Shown piece after piece: positions 58,354 through 64,000 of a stretch of DNA of 64,000 bases. The notes below the pieces were generated by a model that worked only from the letters and a program-made list of their open reading frames with translations, had not been told where the DNA came from and made no database searches. The DNA is taken from positions 20,931-84,930 of the forward strand of contig CAYFYE010000001.1 of assembly GCA_964347285.1 (NCBI GenBank), written 5' to 3'. How positions within the stretch are numbered: the first letter of the stretch is position 1; each line of letters begins with the position of its first letter. This stretch comes from an uncultured Acidimicrobiia bacterium. Its GTDB lineage: Bacteria; Actinomycetota; Acidimicrobiia; Spongiisociales; JAOTWH01. The translations under genes and the position numbers were made by a program.

Positions 58354-59872
58354 TCGAGAGCGTTTCCGTCGTTCGGCCGACCGGGCCCGTCGAGGTGGCC
58401 CGGAGAAGTACCGGGAGAAGCTGGCCCAGCAGGGCAAGTTGTTCGTCCGTGACCGAGTGGAGCTGCTGTGCGATCCCGGGTCGTTCGTGGAGGACGGGCT
58501 GTTGGCCAACGCCGGCCACCCCGACCTGGCCGCCGACGGCGTGGTGACCGGCCGGGGAACCGTCGACGACCGTCCGGTCGTCGTCGTAGCCAACGACCCG
58601 ACCGTCAAGGCTGGCAGCTGGGGGGCGCGGACCGTTGAGAAGATCCTCCGGGCTCTCGAGGCTGCATACGAAGAGCTGTTGCCGGTCTTCTACTTGGTCG
58701 ATTCGGCTGGGGCCAGGATCACCGATCAGGTGGAACTGTTTCCGGGCCGCCGCGGCGCCGGCCGTATCTTCTACACCCAGATTCGTCTGTCGGGTCGGGT
58801 GCCCCAGATCTGCTGCCTGTTCGGCCCCTCGGCGGCCGGCGGCGCCTACATTCCCTCGTTCTGTGATGTGGTGGTGATGGTAGAAGGGCGGGCCTCGATG
58901 TACTTGGGCTCGCCGCGAATGGCTGAGATGGTGATCGGCGAGGAAACCACCCTCGAGGAGATGGGCGGTGCGCGCATCCACTGTGAGATCAGCGGAAGCG
59001 GGGACGCATTGGTGTACGACGACGAGCAGGCCATCAACTGGGCTCGGGCCTACTTCAGCTTCATGCCTGCCAGCTATCGCGATCAGGCGCCGGGCGTGGA
59101 GCCGGGGCCGCCCGAGGACGTTGGGGCCCTCGATGCCATTGTTCCCGACGACACCCGGCGGGGCTACGACATGAGCCTGCTGATCAGGGGTGTCGTGGAC
59201 GATGGGTTGTTTTTCGAGATCAAGGAGCTGTACGCCCCCGAGGTCCTCACCGGCTTTGCTCGTCTCGACGGGCGGGTGGTGGGAATCGTGGCTTCCCAGC
59301 CCGAGCACTTGGGCGGGGTCCTGTTCGTCGATTCGGCCGACAAGGCTGCCCGATTCATGTGGCTGTGTGACGCCTTCAACATCCCTCTCGTGTTCCTGGC
59401 CGACGTGCCCGGGTTCATGATCGGCACCGAGGTCGAGCGGCAGGGCATCATCCGGGCCGGGGCCAAGATGCTCACCGCCGTAGCCGAGGCCACCGTGCCC
59501 CGTATCTCGGTGATCGTGCGCAAGGCGTACGGCGCCGGCCTGTACGCCTTCTCCGGGCCCGGGCTCCGTCCCGACGCCACGCTGGCCTTGCCCACCGCCG
59601 AGATCGCCGTCATGGGCCCGGAGGCGGCCGTCAACGCCGTCTACTACAACACGATCCAGGAGCTCCCCGAAGTCGAGCGGGAGGGGTTCGTCGCCCAAAA
59701 GAGAGCCGAGTACATCGAGGACGTCGACTTGCTCCGGCTGGCCGCCGATCTGGTGGTGGATGCGGTCGTGGAGTTCGACGAGCTGCGCGGCGAGCTGATC
59801 AGCCGCCTCGCCTATGCCGAACGTAAGAATCGCGAATTCTCGAGGCGCCGCCACGGGGTACCGCCGGTATGA
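58346..59872 (+). CDS. acyl-CoA carboxylase carboxyltransferase beta subunit (PccB/AccD family)
   Basis: GTG start behind GAGGAGG; tandem crotonase-like CT domains. Confidence 0.85.
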   Translation: MSDRERFRRSADRARRGGPEKYREKLAQQGKLFVRDRVELLCDPGSFVEDGLLANAGHPDLAADGVVTGRGTVDDRPVVVVANDPTVKAGSWGARTVEKILRALEAAYEELLPVFYLVDSAGARITDQVELFPGRRGAGRIFYTQIRLSGRVPQICCLFGPSAAGGAYIPSFCDVVVMVEGRASMYLGSPRMAEMVIGEETTLEEMGGARIHCEISGSGDALVYDDEQAINWARAYFSFMPASYRDQAPGVEPGPPEDVGALDAIVPDDTRRGYDMSLLIRGVVDDGLFFEIKELYAPEVLTGFARLDGRVVGIVASQPEHLGGVLFVDSADKAARFMWLCDAFNIPLVFLADVPGFMIGTEVERQGIIRAGAKMLTAVAEATVPRISVIVRKAYGAGLYAFSGPGLRPDATLALPTAEIAVMGPEAAVNAVYYNTIQELPEVEREGFVAQKRAEYIEDVDLLRLAADLVVDAVVEFDELRGELISRLAYAERKNREFSRRRHGVPPV

Positions 59873-60009
59873 ACCGGCCGAGGGCCGATTCCGAGCCACC
59901 CCGGGAACGGGCTCCGGTGTCGTTCTGGGTGCTGGTAGGGGCCGCTGCTCTCTACCTCGTCGCCCGGCTAGTGCAGGGGATCGGGTGGCTGGCCGACCGC
60001 CTAGGCTGA
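59869..60009 (+). CDS. hypothetical small membrane protein (46 aa)
   Basis: ATGA overlap with carboxyltransferase stop; MNRPRADSEPPRERAPVSFWVLVGAAALYLVARLVQGIGWLADRLG; one TM; below the ORF-track cutoff. Confidence 0.35.
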   Translation: MNRPRADSEPPRERAPVSFWVLVGAAALYLVARLVQGIGWLADRLG

Positions 60010-60105
60010 TCGTCAGACGGGCTGGGGCCGTTCGCCTCTACTGATGCGTGCCTTTCCCGTCGACTATGGGGCAGGTGCAGACGCGCCCTTCGAAAGGAGC
60101 CATGA

Positions 60106-61458
60106 ATGTCCGCGAAGCCGACCGAAGACCTCAATCTGTTTCACATCGCCAAGCGGCAGTTCGACGCCGCCGTGCCGTTCACCCGTGACCTGGAGGGCTG
60201 GCGGGGAGTAGCCGAGTGGCTGTTTCGCCCCGAGCGCATGATCAAGGTGACCCTGCCGGTGGTGATGGACGACGGGTACGTGCACACCTACACCGGCTTT
60301 CGGGTTCTGCACGACACGGCACGCGGTCCCGGTAAGGGGGGCATTCGCTTCCACCCCAACGTGGACGAGGACGAGATCAAGGCCCTGGCCACCTGGATGT
60401 CGTGGAAGTGCGCCCTCACCGAGATCCCCTTTGGCGGAGCCAAGGGGGGCGTCGAGTGTGATCCCACCAGGCTGTCGACCCAGGAGAAGCGCCGCATCAC
60501 CCGCCGCTTCATCGCCGCCCTGGGCGACAACATCGGCCCGCACACCGACATCCCTGCTCCCGACCTGTACACCGACGCCCAGACCATGGCGTGGGTGTAC
60601 GACACCTACTCGATGATGCACCCGGGGGAGAACAACCTCCCGGTGGTAAGCGGCAAGCCGCTCGACCTGGGCGGCTCGCTGGGACGAGAGACTGCCACCG
60701 CCCAGGGCCTGCTCTTCGTGCTCGAGCACATGATCGAAATGGGAGCACTGCCGGGGCTGGCCGGGCTCGAAGGGGCGTCGGTGGCCATCCAGGGGTTCGG
60801 CAACGCCGGCCGCAACGCCGCCCGGTTGTTCCGCAACGCCGGCGCCGCAGTGGTCGGGGTGAGCGACACCAGAGGCGGCATCTACGATCCCAGTGGGCTC
60901 GATGTGGCCCGGGTAGAGAGCCACAAGGACGAGACCGGGTCGGTCGTCGATCTTCCCGACACCAAGCCCCTCGATCACCGCGAGGTGCTCGAAGTGCCGT
61001 GCGACGTGCTGGTGCCGGCCGCCATCGAGAGCCAAATCACCTCAGAGAACGCCGAGCGCGTCCAGGCCGCAGTGGTCATCGAGGCCGCCAACGGCCCCAC
61101 CACGCCCGAGGCCGACGACATCCTGGGAGATCGAGGGATCCCGGTAGTACCCGACATCTTGTCCGCCTCAGGCGGGGTAGTGGTGAGCTACTTCGAATGG
61201 GCCCAGAACCTGGGTAACGAGCAGTGGGAGGAGGCCGACATCCACAACAGGCTTCAGCAGAAGATGAAGCGAGCCACCGAGGCAGTGGTGACGACCCGGG
61301 CCGCTCTCATCGAGAACATGGAGCGCTATCAAGAAGCCTGGAGCCGCGTGCAGCCCAAGGCGCCCAAACTGCGCCGGCCCACGTTACGAACAGCGGCCCA
61401 CGTGGTGGCGATCGAGCGCTGTCGCCGTACCGCCGAGCAACGGGGCATCTGGCCCTAA
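60106..61458 (+). CDS. Glu/Leu/Phe/Val dehydrogenase (glutamate dehydrogenase)
   Basis: Catalytic FGGAKGG and Rossmann GFGNAG motifs. Confidence 0.87.
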   Translation: MSAKPTEDLNLFHIAKRQFDAAVPFTRDLEGWRGVAEWLFRPERMIKVTLPVVMDDGYVHTYTGFRVLHDTARGPGKGGIRFHPNVDEDEIKALATWMSWKCALTEIPFGGAKGGVECDPTRLSTQEKRRITRRFIAALGDNIGPHTDIPAPDLYTDAQTMAWVYDTYSMMHPGENNLPVVSGKPLDLGGSLGRETATAQGLLFVLEHMIEMGALPGLAGLEGASVAIQGFGNAGRNAARLFRNAGAAVVGVSDTRGGIYDPSGLDVARVESHKDETGSVVDLPDTKPLDHREVLEVPCDVLVPAAIESQITSENAERVQAAVVIEAANGPTTPEADDILGDRGIPVVPDILSASGGVVVSYFEWAQNLGNEQWEEADIHNRLQQKMKRATEAVVTTRAALIENMERYQEAWSRVQPKAPKLRRPTLRTAAHVVAIERCRRTAEQRGIWP

Positions 61459-61476
61459 CAAGTACACTTTCTCGTC

Positions 61477-61551
61477 CGGGCTGTGGCGCAGCTTGGTTAG
61501 CGCGCTTGACTGGGGGTCAAGAGGTCGCCGGTTCAAATCCGGCCAGCCCGA
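61477..61551 (+). tRNA. tRNA-Pro (anticodon GGG)
   Basis: Acceptor cgggctg/cagcccg; anticodon stem cttga/tcaag with loop ctGGGgg; GGTTCAAATCC T-arm; CCA encoded at 61552-61554. Confidence 0.82.
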
Positions 61552-61812
61552 CCAGGAGAAACCCCTGAGGAAATGGCTGGCGTGGCGGGGAGTGGCAACG
61601 GCGCTGGCGTCGGTGATCGGAGCCTTCTGGGTCATCGACGGCGATGTCGAGGGGCCTCTGGCGCTGTGGGCTTCAGCAGCATCTTCGCCACCTTCCTGTG
61701 GTCGGCGCTCACCGGTATCGCCATGATCCGCACCGTAGGAAGTGGGCTGTAACTGAGGGGCTCGGCTTGTCGGCCGCCGAGCCGACCTGGAGGGACCTGG
61801 AGGGATGCGGAG

Positions 61813-62301
61813 GTGGAACGGCCCGACAACGACGTGCGACTCCGCGATGTGGAGGCAGGTGATCTCCCCATCTTCTTCGATCATCAAACGGACCCCGTTG
61901 CCTGCCACATGGCCGCCTTCACCGTCGAGGACCCGGCGGATTTGGATGCCTTCGTGGCGCGCTGGGCAAGGATCCTGGCCGACGAAGCTATCACCGCAAA
62001 GACCATCCTCTTCGGCGGACAAGTGGCCGGCCACGTGCTGAGCTTCGAGCAGGGCGGTCGACGCGAGGTGAGCTACTGGGTCGGTCGGAGCTTCTGGGGG
62101 CGGGGCATCGCCACCAGGGCGCTCTCATGGCTCCTCGAAGACCTCGAGACGCGTCCCCTCTACGCCAGGGCCGCCAAAGACAACGTCGCCTCCATCCGGG
62201 TGCTGGAGAAATGCGGGTTCACGATCGCCGGCGAGGACAAGGGCTTTGCCAACGCCCGCGGGGAGGAGGTCGAGGAGTACATTCTCGAGCTGACCGACTA
62301 G
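61813..62301 (+). CDS. GNAT family N-acetyltransferase
   Basis: 162 aa; WGRGIATRAL...EKCGF. Confidence 0.7.
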   Translation: MERPDNDVRLRDVEAGDLPIFFDHQTDPVACHMAAFTVEDPADLDAFVARWARILADEAITAKTILFGGQVAGHVLSFEQGGRREVSYWVGRSFWGRGIATRALSWLLEDLETRPLYARAAKDNVASIRVLEKCGFTIAGEDKGFANARGEEVEEYILELTD

Positions 62302-63470
62302 GACGTGTCGTACCAAGCGCTGCCGCGAAGGTCGGCGTGCTCGAGGGCGTACTCGATGCTTCTTCGGCGGGCTTCGGGTGAGATCACGTCCGGGCGCGGC
62401 TCGTATGGGCGACCGTTGGGCCTGATCCAGGTCAATTGCTTGTTGGGGTCACCGGCGATGTGCCATCCGTGCTCATGGACGAGGCGGTGGTGGTAGCCGC
62501 ACAAGGTCACCAGGTTGTCTAGGTCGGTCGGTCCCAGCTCGAGCCAGTGGACGAGGTGGTGGGCATGCACCCAGAGGGTGCGCTCGCAGCCGGGGAACCG
62601 ACAGCCTCGATCGCGATCCTTCACCAGACGACCCAGCCAGGCGGGTACCCGTCGGGAAGTCCGTCCCACCCCGATCGTTTGGCCGTGGCCCTCGCCGACC
62701 ACGACCTGCCAGCGACCATCACAGGCCCACCGCCGAACGGTCTCGACGGCAAGGGACGGGCCGTCCTCGACGTGACCGACTCCGTCGGGTCGGGCCAAGG
62801 CCTGGGCGTCGACGTGGACGACGACACAGGACCGGTCCGGATCGCCGTCGGCGCCCAGGGACTGGGAGGCCATCTGCACGAGAGCGTCGGCGCAGCGTGC
62901 CTCGAACGATTCGTAAACGCCACTCGTGGGTTCGGGAGGGGTGTGGAGGGCAATCCTGGTGAGCGCTTTGACCACGACGGCTCCCTCTCGGTCGGGGATC
63001 TCGCCGGCGAGATGAAGGGAATGACGAGACTCATCCCAGCGCCATCGGAGCCAGCGCTCCCAGTGGGCCTGCTCGGTGCCGGTGAGGTCGAGACTCTCTC
63101 GGCTCCGCCCCCGGCGCCGGAGCTGGTTGACCGACAGGCCCTCGGCCTCGGCGGCCAGGGCCTCATCGTCCTCCGGTCGGGCAAACCGGGACAGGGTCCG
63201 TACCTGATCGAACGAGAGTCTTCCCGTCGCCAGGGAATCGGCGGTGGCGGGAAGCTCCTCGAGCCGTCCGGCGACCTCGGACCACCCCGCCGCCGTCCGG
63301 TGCGACACGGCCAACTCAGCGACCAGCCAGGCGCCCGGATCGGTGGCGCCGTCGCGTGCCCAGCATCGTCGCTCGTTGGCTCGAGAGATCAGTCTCAGCA
63401 GCCGGTGGTGGAGGGCAGAAAGCGCTGCCGCGGCATGATGAATCTCGGCGACCAGCTCGTCATCATCCAT
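62298..63470 (-). CDS. DUF222 domain protein with C-terminal HNH endonuclease (REP13E12-like)
   Basis: Start MDDDELVAEIHHAAAAL (ATG 63470); DUF222 N-terminus; HNH CRFPGCERTLWVHAHHLVHW...TLCGYHHRLVHE. Confidence 0.75.
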   Translation of the reverse strand: MDDDELVAEIHHAAAALSALHHRLLRLISRANERRCWARDGATDPGAWLVAELAVSHRTAAGWSEVAGRLEELPATADSLATGRLSFDQVRTLSRFARPEDDEALAAEAEGLSVNQLRRRGRSRESLDLTGTEQAHWERWLRWRWDESRHSLHLAGEIPDREGAVVVKALTRIALHTPPEPTSGVYESFEARCADALVQMASQSLGADGDPDRSCVVVHVDAQALARPDGVGHVEDGPSLAVETVRRWACDGRWQVVVGEGHGQTIGVGRTSRRVPAWLGRLVKDRDRGCRFPGCERTLWVHAHHLVHWLELGPTDLDNLVTLCGYHHRLVHEHGWHIAGDPNKQLTWIRPNGRPYEPRPDVISPEARRRSIEYALEHADLRGSAWYDTS

Positions 63471-63670
63471 GCGAGCCACGGTACGCCGAGGGTGCGACAG
63501 ATCTCGGCGGTGACCGGGGTCCCGGGCGCAGGTGCTGGGCGCGGTGCCGACAGCCAACCTTCTGAAATCGATTTCAGACGGCTAGCACAAAGCTCGGCTC
63601 ACACGGCGGCGCACAGACGGCCCCACCCGGGCGGCGCCGACTCAGCGCCACCGGGGCGGCCCCGCTGAGC

Positions 63671-64000
63671 TCACTCCGCCGCTGCCCATGCGTGGACGTA
63701 GTGGTGCAGGATCTCGTCGCCGACGAGACCGAAGACCGAAACTCCCTCGAATACTGTTCCGGGCACCACATCCTCCCACCGGTAGGTAGCGGTGGCGAAG
63801 GCACCGCTTTCGGAGACGGCGATGTCGCCGAACTCCATCACGGCGCCTTGTGGGTAACCGGCGACATATTCGGCGATGGCGTCACTTCCGATGTACGCCT
63901 CTCCGGTCGCCACGAACCTGAAAGCCCCGGCCGGGGCGAAGAAACTCGCCACCCTGTCGGGGTCGAGATCCTGCCACGCCTCGTGGTAGTCGGTGAGCAT
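63671..64000 (-). CDS. NTF2-like / SnoaL-like domain protein
   Basis: 109 aa; start codon is the last 3 nt of the window; alpha+beta cone-like composition. Confidence 0.5.
   Translation of the reverse strand: MLTDYHEAWQDLDPDRVASFFAPAGAFRFVATGEAYIGSDAIAEYVAGYPQGAVMEFGDIAVSESGAFATATYRWEDVVPGTVFEGVSVFGLVGDEILHHYVHAWAAAE

Noticed and set aside
61493-61726. 77-aa ORF
   Set aside because: Overlaps the tRNA-Pro gene; no start context
61555-61812. Alternative short frames in the tRNA-Pro / GNAT spacer (MAGVAGSGNG..., 59 aa)
   Set aside because: No start context or homology; possibly non-coding spacer

Overview
High-GC (about 70%) actinobacterial chromosomal segment, densely packed with conserved housekeeping genes. 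I found no IS element, transposase, integrase or CRISPR array.

Gene content, 5' to 3':
- Glycolysis, split into a minus-strand gap2-gap1 pair that is divergent from a plus-strand pgk-tpiA-gpmA-secG unit.
- A family-5 peptide ABC importer (lipoprotein substrate-binding protein, two permeases, two ATPases).
- A tRNA-Leu(GAG) with a small neighbourhood of hypothetical genes (DUF1876, ribbon-helix-helix protein, ornithine cyclodeaminase).
- An ECF-type Ni/Co transporter (NikMN fusion, NikQ, NikO) preceded by a Fur-family regulator and a perfect palindromic operator.
- A stretch of membrane proteins and enzymes (DoxX, crotonase, EamA, PCMT-THUMP fusion, MFS, LON-N/holin-X trio, TrmI, ferredoxin).
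- A complete contiguous Pup-proteasome supercluster (arc/mpa-dop-pup-prcB-prcA-pafA-pafB-pafC) followed by tatA-tatC-helY.
- The tlyA-ppnK-pyrG-xerD-scpA-scpB-rluB-aroA-cmk-ispH-der block, an acyl-CoA carboxyltransferase, glutamate dehydrogenase, tRNA-Pro(GGG), and a small tRNA-adjacent accessory patch (GNAT, DUF222-HNH, NTF2-like).

Most striking candidates:
- A GAPDH paralogue whose catalytic Cys is replaced by Asn, translationally coupled to a canonical gap.
- An unusual PCMT-fold methyltransferase with a C-terminal THUMP RNA-binding domain.
- Three essential-type genes (secG, tlyA, rluB-like) whose conserved N-termini have no ATG/GTG/TTG in frame and appear to initiate at CTG or ATC behind strong Shine-Dalgarno sequences.
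- A Nur-box-like operator in front of nikMNQO.

Many long antisense ORFs in the six-frame track are high-GC artefacts and were rejected.
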